Of a stretch of 64,000 nucleotides of DNA, positions 54,326-63,100 are shown one piece after another. The translations under genes were made by a program, and so were the position numbers. The notes under the pieces are model-generated. The model was not told the DNA's origin. It saw nothing but the letters and a program-made list of their open reading frames with translations, and ran no database searches. This DNA is from a virus. Positions within the stretch are counted from its first letter, which is position 1. Every line of letters starts with the position of its first letter. Location: IMG/VR virus record IMGVR_UViG_3300045988_117002. One strand, 5' to 3'.

Positions 54326-54358
54326 GAAGAGTGGTTATCACTACTCTTCTATTTTTAT
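54326..54358 (+). terminator. hairpin plus T-run carrying the CACTACTCTTCTATT motif
   Basis: gaagagtggt-tatc-actactcttc (10 bp, one G.U), then TATTTTTAT. Confidence 0.6.
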
Positions 54359-54388
54359 GCAAATATATAGATTCAAGGAGAAGAAAAC

Positions 54389-54586
54389 ATGATCAAGATT
54401 AACGAAATTAAAAGTAAAACCACCCCACGTAAGAAGAATATTCAGCTTAAAAATATTTCATTACATGACCTAAATCTTATTAATACAGATACAGGTGAAA
54501 ACATTACTCAAGAAGTCATTGATGCCTTACCAGAAGGAATAGAAACAATTGACTTCAATATTAGTGTAGAACTTCCAGAAGAATAA
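54389..54586 (+). CDS. hypothetical protein
   Basis: 65-aa ORF; CAAGGAGAAG RBS. Confidence 0.55.
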   Translation: MIKINEIKSKTTPRKKNIQLKNISLHDLNLINTDTGENITQEVIDALPEGIETIDFNISVELPEE

Positions 54587-54594
54587 TAAGTTGG

Positions 54595-55812
54595 GTGGTG
54601 GATGATATAAAGTCATATAAAAGATTAGACGGAGAAACACCAGAAGAATTAATTTATAGAGTATGTGCCGATAAAGATTCTATTGGATCTTGGAATGATG
54701 TTGCTTTAATTTTAAATACATTATTAAATCAAGATTATGGTGAATCTACATACCGTAAAAAATTTCAATCATTTAATAAAATGTTAGATGCAAATAGAAA
54801 GAAATTTTCAGATTCAAGTAAACAGTTAGATGAATTGGATAAGAAAATTAAAGAATACCGTCAAGAACAGATTAAACTTCAAACTCTTAATATTGAAAGA
54901 AATCGTTTAGATAGAAGTGAATCTCGACAAGAACTGTATTATCAGTATGTTGGAAATGTTATTAATACATTACCATTGCCAGAATTTGAAGATATTATAA
55001 GTTATGAAGACAATAATTCTCATGAATATATTCTAAACCTCAGTGACTTGCATTACGGGGCTTCATTCGTAAGCGAAAATAATATTTATTCACCAGAAAT
55101 CACAAGAGAAAGATTATTCTATCTTACATCTTATATGATTGATTTTATCAAATCACATAAGCTACATAAATTACATGTTTTGTGCACAGGTGATATATTG
55201 CAAGGACTTATTCATTTAACCGATCTAAAAATAAACGATAGTACAGTCGTAAAATCATGTGTGGAAATTTGTAGATTGATTGCACAAATGTTAAATACAT
55301 TATCTGCTTATGTACAGATTGAATATTATCATACCCCATCAGCTAATCATACACAGATACGTGCATTAGGTGCGAAAGCAAATGAGTTAATGGATGAAGA
55401 TATGGAATATCTGATTGGAAATTATATTAAAGATTTATGTGCCAATAACAATCGTATTATTGTTCATCTTGCAGAAGAAGGAAAACAATATGTAGCATTT
55501 AGTATCAATGGGTATAATATTGTTGCCATGCATGGACACCAGATTAAAAACATTGAATCAGCAATTAAAGATATTTCTATGATGCGTAGAGAATTTGTAG
55601 ATATTTTAATTTTAGGACATTTTCACGCAGGAAAACAAATAACTGTTGGTGAAGGATGCTGTGCAGATTGTGAAGTACTAATTAATCCATCATTTGTAGG
55701 AAGTGATCCATATTCTGATTCACTTATGAAAGGTAGCAAGGCTGCTGTAAATATATATGGTATACACGAAATCTGCGGGCATGATGAAACGTACAAAGTA
55801 ATTTTAAATTAG
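54595..55812 (+). CDS. calcineurin-like metallophosphoesterase with N-terminal coiled-coil extension
   Basis: GTG start. Motifs LSDLHYG (DxH), CTGDILQG (GD), PSANHTQ (NH), AMHGHQ (H), LILGHFHAGK (GHxH). Confidence 0.7.
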   Translation: MVDDIKSYKRLDGETPEELIYRVCADKDSIGSWNDVALILNTLLNQDYGESTYRKKFQSFNKMLDANRKKFSDSSKQLDELDKKIKEYRQEQIKLQTLNIERNRLDRSESRQELYYQYVGNVINTLPLPEFEDIISYEDNNSHEYILNLSDLHYGASFVSENNIYSPEITRERLFYLTSYMIDFIKSHKLHKLHVLCTGDILQGLIHLTDLKINDSTVVKSCVEICRLIAQMLNTLSAYVQIEYYHTPSANHTQIRALGAKANELMDEDMEYLIGNYIKDLCANNNRIIVHLAEEGKQYVAFSINGYNIVAMHGHQIKNIESAIKDISMMRREFVDILILGHFHAGKQITVGEGCCADCEVLINPSFVGSDPYSDSLMKGSKAAVNIYGIHEICGHDETYKVILN

Positions 55813-55869
55813 TATTGAGCTAGATTATTTTTCTAGTACAGACCAATTTGTAATTGGATTAATTGACAT

Positions 55870-55897
55870 GGAGAGTACACCGCTACTCTCCTATTTT
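55870..55897 (+). terminator. hairpin plus T-run carrying the CGCTACTCTCCTATT motif
   Basis: ggagagta-caccgc-tactctcc (8 bp perfect), then TATTTT. Confidence 0.6.
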
Positions 55898-55929
55898 AGT
55901 ATAAATATATAGAAGAAAGAGGTTTAAAA

Positions 55930-56205
55930 ATGACAAAAATTGAATTTGTAGATGCAGTTGCAAAAGAAACAGAATGGACAAAGAAAGATTCTGAGGAAGC
56001 TATTAATGCTGTGGTTAAAGTAATCACAAATGCTTTAGTAGCAGGTGAGAAACTTTCTATTGTTGGATTTGGAACATTTGAAGTTGTTGAAAGAGCTGAG
56101 AGACAGGCTAGAAATCCACAGACTGGGACTGCAATTATGGTTCCAGCATGTAAAGTCCCTAAATTTAAACCAGCAAAGGCACTTAAAGAACTTATTAATG
56201 CGTAA
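55930..56205 (+). CDS. hup: HU-family DNA-binding protein
   Basis: MTKIEFVDAVAKET..SKKDSEEAINAV...GEKLSIVGFGTFEVVERAERQARNPQTGTAIMVPACKVPKFKPAKALKE aligns along its whole length with remembered HBsu. Confidence 0.9.
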   Translation: MTKIEFVDAVAKETEWTKKDSEEAINAVVKVITNALVAGEKLSIVGFGTFEVVERAERQARNPQTGTAIMVPACKVPKFKPAKALKELINA

Positions 56206-56221
56206 TAAGAGGGTTAATTAT

Positions 56222-56818
56222 ATGAATAAAATTCCAACTATTTGTTTTGAAGATATTTATGAATTCTGTGAATCTATGGATTCTGAATTTAATAGACGAT
56301 ATTATGCATCTAAGTCAGATGAATCTGTAGATATTTCAATCTTTGCAAAATATGACAATGCAAGAAAAATCATTAATTTTCTTACTGACTATGATTATGA
56401 GCTTGCTAATATAAATTTTCATGATCCTGAGATTGATGGATATGAAGATGAATTTATAATTACGTTATGCGCAAGAATCAGTAATCATGATACACCTGAA
56501 ATCTGGGTTGAACCTGCCAAACGAAAAGACGGTTATCTTCTGAATGAAGCAGATGCAACTTATATTCTTGACGAATGTAGTAGAGCACTTTTACCACAAG
56601 TAGAAACTGTTAAAACTTACTTTGTTGAGTTAAAAGAAAATGTTGATGATGAATATGACGATTTCGCAGATGACTTAGAATTAGGCAATTGTTACGATTG
56701 CTGTTGTCATCATGATTGCGTAGATTGTGATATGGATGATGAAGAATATGTAAATGTGACTCTTCCTAAAGAAGATATTGAAACTTTACATATGCTTTGT
56801 CGTATTTTCAAAGTGTAA
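56222..56818 (+). CDS. acidic hypothetical protein with Cys/His-rich C-terminal patch
   Basis: ATG at 56222 after AAGAGGG. CYDCCCHHDCVDCD near the C-terminus. The track's 56045 start would overlap the HU gene out of frame. Confidence 0.55.
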   Translation: MNKIPTICFEDIYEFCESMDSEFNRRYYASKSDESVDISIFAKYDNARKIINFLTDYDYELANINFHDPEIDGYEDEFIITLCARISNHDTPEIWVEPAKRKDGYLLNEADATYILDECSRALLPQVETVKTYFVELKENVDDEYDDFADDLELGNCYDCCCHHDCVDCDMDDEEYVNVTLPKEDIETLHMLCRIFKV

Positions 56819-57090
56819 TCTATCTTTATAATAGACATAGATCTCCTTTTAGTGTGCGTGGGTGTCATAGCTTACGCACTCTTTTTATATTCCATTGGAT
56901 TGTTTTGATCAATGGAGAATTAATTATTGGGTGGGATGGATAATCCCTCAAAGAGTAAACGTAGGATGGTTGGTACTCTCCTATCTCTGAACCTCTGTAA
57001 ATATTAACTGGTTGGTCAGTTAGACCAATAAAGAGAATTACAAGCGTAGGCTTATCTCTACCTTCAATTGTATTATTGGAGGATTTTTTA

Positions 57091-57897
57091 ATGAAAAACG
57101 AAATCAAAATTAATGGAACTCAAAAATTTATGGGAATGGATATTCCTGTTGTAGAAGGTGGCTTTGGCGAAGATCAAAAAGTCATACTAGCAAGAACTGT
57201 AGCTGAAATTCATGGTGTAAGGATGAATGATATACAAGATTTAATCATTCAAAATTATGATGAATTTGAGATTGGCGTTGATATTCTTGATTTGTGTGAT
57301 GATAATTTCAAAACCGACGCTATCGGTTTAGGATTTGTAACCAGTAACCGACAAAAACATTGTTATCTTCTTTCTGAACAAGGATATGTTTTACTTGTTG
57401 GATTCATGAGAACTGATAAGGCAAAAGAAATCCGAAAGAATTTAAGAAGAGAATATTTTACAATGAGACAAATCATTAATTCTGATGAACAACTAACGGC
57501 AAATTTATTATTATCAATTTACAAAGGTGGACAAGATGCTGTTGTAGCTTCTAAGAAATTATCAGAATTAGAAGTTGCTAAAGCTACTGCCCCATTAATT
57601 CCAAAAGCAGAATATCATGATAATGTTCTTAACAAAGATGGTTTAATTTCTACGACTATTATTGCAAAAGATTTAGGTCTTAGAAGTGCAATGAGATTAA
57701 ATCAAATTATGAATAAAAACGGAATCATCTGGAAGCAATCTGGTGTATGGAATCCACGTGCAGATTACGCATGGCTCATAACGGAACATTATGCTGATTA
57801 TCAGAGTTATGAAAACGATAATTCTGCACCTTGTTTGAAATGGACTGAAAAAGGACGCAAATGGATTATTGAAAATTTTGATAGCTGGGCTAAATAA
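57091..57897 (+). CDS. phage antirepressor (ORF6N/Bro-N-like N-terminus plus KilAC/ANT C-terminus)
   Basis: ATG after TGGAGGA. The N-terminus VILARTVAEIHGVRMNDIQDLI and the C-terminus AEYHDNVLNKDGLISTTIIAKDLGLRSAMRLNQIMNKNGII match the remembered KilAC pattern. Confidence 0.65.
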   Translation: MKNEIKINGTQKFMGMDIPVVEGGFGEDQKVILARTVAEIHGVRMNDIQDLIIQNYDEFEIGVDILDLCDDNFKTDAIGLGFVTSNRQKHCYLLSEQGYVLLVGFMRTDKAKEIRKNLRREYFTMRQIINSDEQLTANLLLSIYKGGQDAVVASKKLSELEVAKATAPLIPKAEYHDNVLNKDGLISTTIIAKDLGLRSAMRLNQIMNKNGIIWKQSGVWNPRADYAWLITEHYADYQSYENDNSAPCLKWTEKGRKWIIENFDSWAK

Positions 57898-57959
57898 ATA
57901 TCAAGTACATAGAGAGACAGTTTTAATACTGTCTCTTTTATAAAAATTTATGAAAGGAA

Positions 57960-59000
57960 GTGAGATTATTGGATGGTAAAATCGCAGATAGATCTGTTGA
58001 AATAACAGATGAAGAATGGCAAACAGTAAATGAATTTAATAGAGAAATGGTTGAGGATTATCTTGATAATCAAGCTGACCTTTCTGTAAAAACTTTGCCA
58101 GCATATAAATCGGGATTAAGGATTTTCTTTATCTGGGTTAGGGATAACCTCAAGGACAAGAATTTCACCGATATCAAAAAGAAAGAATTTCAAAAATATC
58201 TTAATTGGTTAACCAAAAGAGGTTTTTCTGATTCTGGTATTAAATTTAAAAAATCTGCTGTAAGTACATTTTGCAATTATGTAATGATGATGTATGAGGA
58301 AGAATATCCTACATTTCGTAATTTCACAATTGGGCTTAAAGTAGTACAAACAGGATATGTTCATGAAAAAGTTCCTCTTACCCCAGATGAATATATTAAT
58401 TTATGTCAAGAACTTGAAAAACGTGAAGAATGGCAAATGTTAGCATATCTTACATTTTCTTACAGTACAGGATGTAGACGTGCAGAAGCTAGACAATTAC
58501 TCAAGGAAGTAATTGATTATTCTGCAAACGAAAAGAAAATCAAAGTTCTGGATGAAGATGGACATGAATATGAAACTATTTCAAAACAGTATTTGACTCA
58601 CACTATTCGTTGCAAAGGAGCATCTCTTGTAGGTAAACCACGTAAACTTAAATTCGGTGATGATGCAATGCAATGGTTGAAAAAATGGATTGAAGTACGT
58701 GGCGAAGATGACTGTCCTTATATGTTTGTAATTAAATCTAAAGATGGGAAAGAAGTTAGACAAGTGAGTGAAAGCACTTTTAATAATTGGTGTCAAGGAT
58801 TATTTACACAAATTGTTGGACGTAGGGTGCATCCTCACTTATTCAGAGAGTCAAGAGCTACAAACCTTGTTGTGTTTCAGCATAAAGCACCAGAGGTAGC
58901 TCAGAAATTACTAGGACATAATCAAGTTACTACGACTTTAGATCATTATATTATTCGTAATGATGAAAATGATGAGTCTGATGAAGCATTTACCGATTGA
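57960..59000 (+). CDS. tyrosine recombinase / integrase (XerC/D-like)
   Basis: SYSTGCRRAEARQL (Arg I), HPHLFRESRATNLV (H-x-x-R), LLGHNQVTTTLDHYI (His/Tyr). Start is GTG 57960 or TTG 57969. Confidence 0.85.
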   Translation: MRLLDGKIADRSVEITDEEWQTVNEFNREMVEDYLDNQADLSVKTLPAYKSGLRIFFIWVRDNLKDKNFTDIKKKEFQKYLNWLTKRGFSDSGIKFKKSAVSTFCNYVMMMYEEEYPTFRNFTIGLKVVQTGYVHEKVPLTPDEYINLCQELEKREEWQMLAYLTFSYSTGCRRAEARQLLKEVIDYSANEKKIKVLDEDGHEYETISKQYLTHTIRCKGASLVGKPRKLKFGDDAMQWLKKWIEVRGEDDCPYMFVIKSKDGKEVRQVSESTFNNWCQGLFTQIVGRRVHPHLFRESRATNLVVFQHKAPEVAQKLLGHNQVTTTLDHYIIRNDENDESDEAFTD

Positions 59001-59274
59001 TGTAAAATAACCCATCAAAGCCCGTAGTGTAGACCAAACACACCTATATGGAAACAAGCGCACGACATCGGACTGTCAAATCGCTTCGGGCAAATACCTT
59101 TCTTTCTATATATTTTTGTTTCATATTTCTTCTCAAAAGAGACATAACTTTTTCATATGATCTCTTCTCCTGAAAAGGGCAGCTCACTACTGCCCTATCT
59201 TAAAGCAAACTTGTCCTTTACAATATTTTCCAATTGTGATAATGTAAAAATATCAAAAATTGGAGGTGTTGTAT

Positions 59275-60252
59275 ATGGAGTTCAACAGAAAGACACAAAC
59301 TGTCAAATCATTTGCACGAGATATGAAAAATGGAAAATACAATATGTTCCATAAACTACAGCGAAAAGAAGGACAATGGAAAAATTATGAGCAGAGCTTA
59401 TTGATCGACTCAATGCTTCGCAACTATCCTGTTGATCCTATTCGTTCAGAAGAAAAAGAAGATAAAATCAGATATGTGTTTGACGGTGTTCAGCGTAGTA
59501 CAACTATCAGAGATTTCTTAACTGATGGATTCAAATTAAGCCAAAAGCTGAAACCAGTAGCAATCGAAGGCACTGTATATAACATTGCAGGTAAGAAATT
59601 CTCACAATTTGATGAAGTTGTCCAGGATAAAATCAATGACTATGAAATGATACAATATATCTTTTCTGATTGTACAGATGAAGATATTCGTGAAATGTTC
59701 CGTAGACAGAATGGTGGAAAACCATTATCCAATACTCAGAAAAGAAAATCATTAGAGAGTGATGAAGTTAGTGCAATTATCTTTGATGTTGCAAATCATC
59801 CATTCTTTGCAAAAATATTATCGCCAACACAATTGAAGAAAGATGTTGCGAATGATATTGTGCGTCAGACACTTATGTTGATTAATACTACAGATGATAA
59901 TGATTTTACATCATTCAGAGCGAAAGATATTGATACATTTGTAGAATGGTATAATGAACATGTTGATGAGAAAGATATTATTTTATTGAAATCTGCTCTG
60001 GCATTCTTGGATGAAAAATTTGAAGAAAAACTTAATCTCAAGTCTACTTCTCTTCCGATGATGTTATATGCTGCATATACATGCGTGAAGAATGAAAAAG
60101 ACTTTGATGAATTTGTAAATATTGTGCAGGAATTTGTAAATAGCTATGGTGATAATATGGACTATGTTCAGTATTGTACCAGCGGTACATCTTCTGCTCA
60201 GTCTGTCCAAGGAAGATTTAATTACTGGAAGAATCTTTGCAAAGGATTATAG
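59275..60252 (+). CDS. DUF262 (ParB/Srx-fold) protein, paralog of the central part of 6007..8304
   Basis: ATG after TGGAGGTG. FHKLQRKEGQWKNYEQSLLIDSMLRNYPV...YVFDGVQRSTTIRDFL. The C-terminal ..TSGTSSAQSVQGRFNYW parallels ..NGQKGTKDRSSVTKRFNHL of the 765-aa protein. Confidence 0.7.
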   Translation: MEFNRKTQTVKSFARDMKNGKYNMFHKLQRKEGQWKNYEQSLLIDSMLRNYPVDPIRSEEKEDKIRYVFDGVQRSTTIRDFLTDGFKLSQKLKPVAIEGTVYNIAGKKFSQFDEVVQDKINDYEMIQYIFSDCTDEDIREMFRRQNGGKPLSNTQKRKSLESDEVSAIIFDVANHPFFAKILSPTQLKKDVANDIVRQTLMLINTTDDNDFTSFRAKDIDTFVEWYNEHVDEKDIILLKSALAFLDEKFEEKLNLKSTSLPMMLYAAYTCVKNEKDFDEFVNIVQEFVNSYGDNMDYVQYCTSGTSSAQSVQGRFNYWKNLCKGL

Positions 60253-60306
60253 CATATAATATTGCTGAATCAAATAAGAAAGCATGGATTTATTCGATGT
60301 TATGCT
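60233..60306 (+). pseudogene. 3' remnant of a gene homologous to 60735..60986
   Basis: The alternative frame reads ..LQRIIAYNIAESNKKAWIYSMLC*, compared with ..LIAKIIGDVAELNKKAWIYSML* at the end of 60735..60986. 37/41 nt identical (60261-60301 versus 60942-60982). Confidence 0.6.
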
Positions 60307-60486
60307 GAAATAATATAAATTTAATTTATATTCAGGTAATTCCATACCTGTATAGTGAGGTAATTACACTCACTAAATATTGTAGAATGAAATACGATAA
60401 TGGAAATAGAAACTTAATATTGAAATTTATGAGAAGTCGCCTTATTGGTGGCTTCTTTTTGTATACGAAAAAAATGGAGGTATTAC

Positions 60487-60735
60487 ATGGCAGCTAATTT
60501 ATTAAAAGTTGGTAATGATCCAAACTCAGCAATCAAAACATTTTGCGTAGATACTATTGAAGAAATTGCAAAACTTCCTACTATGGAACATGGCGCAACA
60601 GGTGATTTTGCAAATATTCCTGGTCTTGAATCTCCTGCTCCTATGGGAAGTCAAGCTATTGTAGGAAATGAATCAGGCACAGTGAAAATCTATATGCTGT
60701 TTTCATTTGGTTGGAAAGATACAGGCACAGAATAA
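60487..60735 (+). CDS. hypothetical protein
   Basis: ATG at 60487 after TGGAGGT; 82 aa. Confidence 0.55.
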   Translation: MAANLLKVGNDPNSAIKTFCVDTIEEIAKLPTMEHGATGDFANIPGLESPAPMGSQAIVGNESGTVKIYMLFSFGWKDTGTE

Positions 60736-60986
60736 TGGATGTATTATCTTATATTATTACAAGCAGACTTCTCTCCTGTCCTGGTGGAAATGGGGCAAAT
60801 ATTAAACTAGATGAAAACGGAAATATTATTACAGATGAAGATGCAACATTGTATGTAGATTTTCCTACTGCAAGTTTGATGACTGATGGAGATATATTCT
60901 CAGTTACAAATAGTTATTTAATCGCAAAAATTATTGGTGATGTTGCTGAGTTAAATAAGAAAGCATGGATTTATTCAATGTTGTAA
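60735..60986 (+). CDS. hypothetical protein
   Basis: TAATG overlap with the upstream gene; 83 aa. Its 3' end is duplicated at 60261-60301. Confidence 0.55.
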   Translation: MDVLSYIITSRLLSCPGGNGANIKLDENGNIITDEDATLYVDFPTASLMTDGDIFSVTNSYLIAKIIGDVAELNKKAWIYSML

Positions 60987-61024
60987 AAGAGTCATTCACG
61001 ATGATGTGGGTGGCTCTTTTATTA
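60986..61024 (+). terminator. rho-independent terminator
   Basis: aaagagtca / tggctcttt (9 bp, one G.U) with trailing TTTTATTAT. Confidence 0.55.
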
Positions 61025-61038
61025 TGCAATTTTGTTGT

Positions 61039-61231
61039 TTCGTATAGAGTGATTATTTCACTCTGCGATTATATTTAAAGGTTTCCTTCATAAATGTAGA
61101 ACGACTATTATTCCCCCCCCCTTCAACCCAAAATAGTCGCTCTATACGAGACAATAAATGAAACATATAAACCGCAGTTTCGCTGAAACTACGGTTTCGA
61201 CTCCACTTTGCTAAGGCAAAGCGGTGTCGGA
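61039..61231 (+). other. GC-rich multi-hairpin element with a C9 loop (unclassified RNA or DNA structure)
   Basis: Long-range pair tcgtatagag(61040-49)/ctctatacga(61140-49). Inner stem cgactatt(61102-09)/aatagtcg(61132-39) encloses CCCCCCCCC (61113-21). Then hairpins at 61170-61196 and 61197-61231. Confidence 0.4.
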
Positions 61232-61283
61232 GATATAGATATTTTACTTTAAAGAATTTTAAACATTACAGGAGGATTTTGTT

Positions 61284-61880
61284 ATGGCAAAAACAAAGAA
61301 AACAGTTTATCTAAGTGAAGATTATGGTGTAATTGACACTATAACAGGAGAATTAAAAAGTGAAAGCGGTGATACCGCAAATCTGGTTATGAGAAAAATT
61401 ACAGTTGAAGAATTATTTGAAGAACCAGAAATAGAAAACAATGAGGTTAGATTTATGGATGATACTACATATATTAGAAGTTTTAGAGGTAATGGTGTGT
61501 TATTTCGACAACTATTGACTGCCGAAGAAACTCAGTTAGCATTATTCTTGCAAGATTTTGTATGCTATAACGATTGTATTTTAAGAACTAATGGAAATAA
61601 ACAAGGAAATCCATTAACCCTTGATATGTTGGCAAGTATGTATGGATTAAAATATGATACTTTCAGAAAGATTATGTCATCTTTAAAGAATAAAGAAGTT
61701 ATTGCATATCATAAATCTGGAAGTGCAAGTCCAGAGAAAAATAAAATGAAATGTATTACTTTAAATCCTTACATATTCTGTAGAGGTATGGAAGTTGATA
61801 AATGGATTAGTGATTACTTTTCAAATAGTCAATGGGCTAATTTTGAACGTCAGAAAATCAAAAAATATACAAAAGATTAA
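61284..61880 (+). CDS. winged-helix DNA-binding protein, RepL-like
   Basis: ACAGGAGGA RBS. The layout F..LLTAEETQLALFLQDFVCYNDCIL....PLTLDMLASMYGLKYDTFRKIMSSLKNKEVIAYHK...ITLNPYIFCRG resembles the remembered Firmicute RepL pattern. Unverified. Confidence 0.45.
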   Translation: MAKTKKTVYLSEDYGVIDTITGELKSESGDTANLVMRKITVEELFEEPEIENNEVRFMDDTTYIRSFRGNGVLFRQLLTAEETQLALFLQDFVCYNDCILRTNGNKQGNPLTLDMLASMYGLKYDTFRKIMSSLKNKEVIAYHKSGSASPEKNKMKCITLNPYIFCRGMEVDKWISDYFSNSQWANFERQKIKKYTKD

Positions 61881-62041
61881 TGATACAACAATATAGTATT
61901 AAGAGTTAGCGATGCGAAAATTCTTAAAATCACTTGTGAATATTGAATATTATAAAACGTACTTATCCGAAATTTGACTCATTTTCGGAATATTAATGAC
62001 GGTTTTTATTTTACATCAAATACACATTAAAGGAGCTTAAC

Positions 62042-62224
62042 ATGGAAACAAGAATTGTATTTAAAATTAGCGTAGCAAGACAATTAATCAAACTCGGATA
62101 TAGAGTTATTGATCTAAAACCTCAGAAGAAAAAAGATGGAAACTTAGATTTTACGAGATGTTATTTTGTATTTGAATACCAGAAGGGACTTGATGATGAT
62201 ATTAGATTACTAATTAATAAGTAA
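62042..62224 (+). CDS. small protein, DUF5659-like
   Basis: AAAGGAGC RBS. FKISVARQLIKLGYRVIDLKP...RCYFVFEYQKGLDDDI resembles the remembered DUF5659 pattern. Flanked by a 12-bp inverted repeat. Confidence 0.5.
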   Translation: METRIVFKISVARQLIKLGYRVIDLKPQKKKDGNLDFTRCYFVFEYQKGLDDDIRLLINK

Positions 62225-62438
62225 TTTCGGATTCTCAATGCCTTTGATGGCACTCATATTCCGAAAAATTAGTAGAAACTACTAAACATTTGCAGAAATG
62301 ATTTTTAATATTATGGGAAGATTATACAACTAAATTTAGATTATAAGAGAAAATCTCAGAATCCCTTGGTACACTTGAAAACCTTGTTCACAGAAATACT
62401 ATCTTTTTAATTTTGTGAACTCATATTATGATTTTTAC

Positions 62439-62470
62439 GGAGAGTGGTTTTATAACTACTCTCCTATTTT
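62439..62470 (+). terminator. hairpin plus T-run carrying the AACTACTCTCCTATT motif
   Basis: ggagagtgg-ttttataa-ctactctcc (9 bp, one G.U), then TATTTT. Confidence 0.55.
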
Positions 62471-63100
62471 AATGGAGAAATAAATATTGACTATAAGCGG
62501 TTGGCGTTTGTTGTCCTGTCGGTGGGGTGTAGTTGAATCTTAATAGAGTGAGAAACTAAGGAAGTCATGAGCCTTGGCATAGTAGATACTCGCACTACTC
62601 TCTCACTCTATTGTACTAAAGATGTTTGCGAGTGGAAAGCGAGAAATTGGAATTATGGGTTTATTAACAAAAGAAATTGAAGTAACATTAAATTCAAGAA
62701 ATATAGAGCATTATGCGAATTTGGGATATGAAATTCCAAAATATTATAATAAAAATAGTTGTACTTGGAGAGTGAAAAGAAATACTAAAATAATAGTTAA
62801 AATTGAAGATGTTCCAAAATTCACAAATTATTTAGTTGATGTTCAATGTGATAATGAAAATTGTGCTAATGTTTTACATATGCCATATCAAAGATATAAT
62901 TATCATCTTAAAAACGGTAAATATTATTGTCAAAAATGCGCAATGGCTATTTATAATAGTGGAGAAAATAATCCTTCATGGAATCCCAATCTAACAGATA
63001 AAGAAAGAATTACAGGTAGACATTTTCCAGAATATAAGGATTTTGTCAAAAGAGTTTTAGCAAGAGATCATTATACGTGTAAATGTTGCGGACATTCTAG

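Noticed and set aside
54339-55913. Reading the ACTACTCT motif as the -35 box of an alternative-sigma promoter with TATATA as the -10 box.
   Set aside because: The spacing works for 54339 and 55881 (CTACTC-17-TATATA). At the other eight or more sites, no consistent -10-like element appears at a fixed distance. I keep this only as one hypothesis, not as an annotated promoter.
56045-56221. The long N-terminal extension of track ORF 56045..56818.
   Set aside because: It overlaps the HU gene in another frame. A good RBS and ATG at 56222 start the real product.
45355-58796. Minus-strand ORFs in the rightward arm: 45355..45558, 49884..50177, 51308..51499, 56865..57107 and 58581..58796. Also the internal plus-strand ORF 47113..47364.
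   Set aside because: They are antisense or out-of-frame shadows of convincing plus-strand genes, or lie in non-coding DNA (51308..51499). 56865..57107 runs across a motif hairpin and the RBS of the antirepressor gene.
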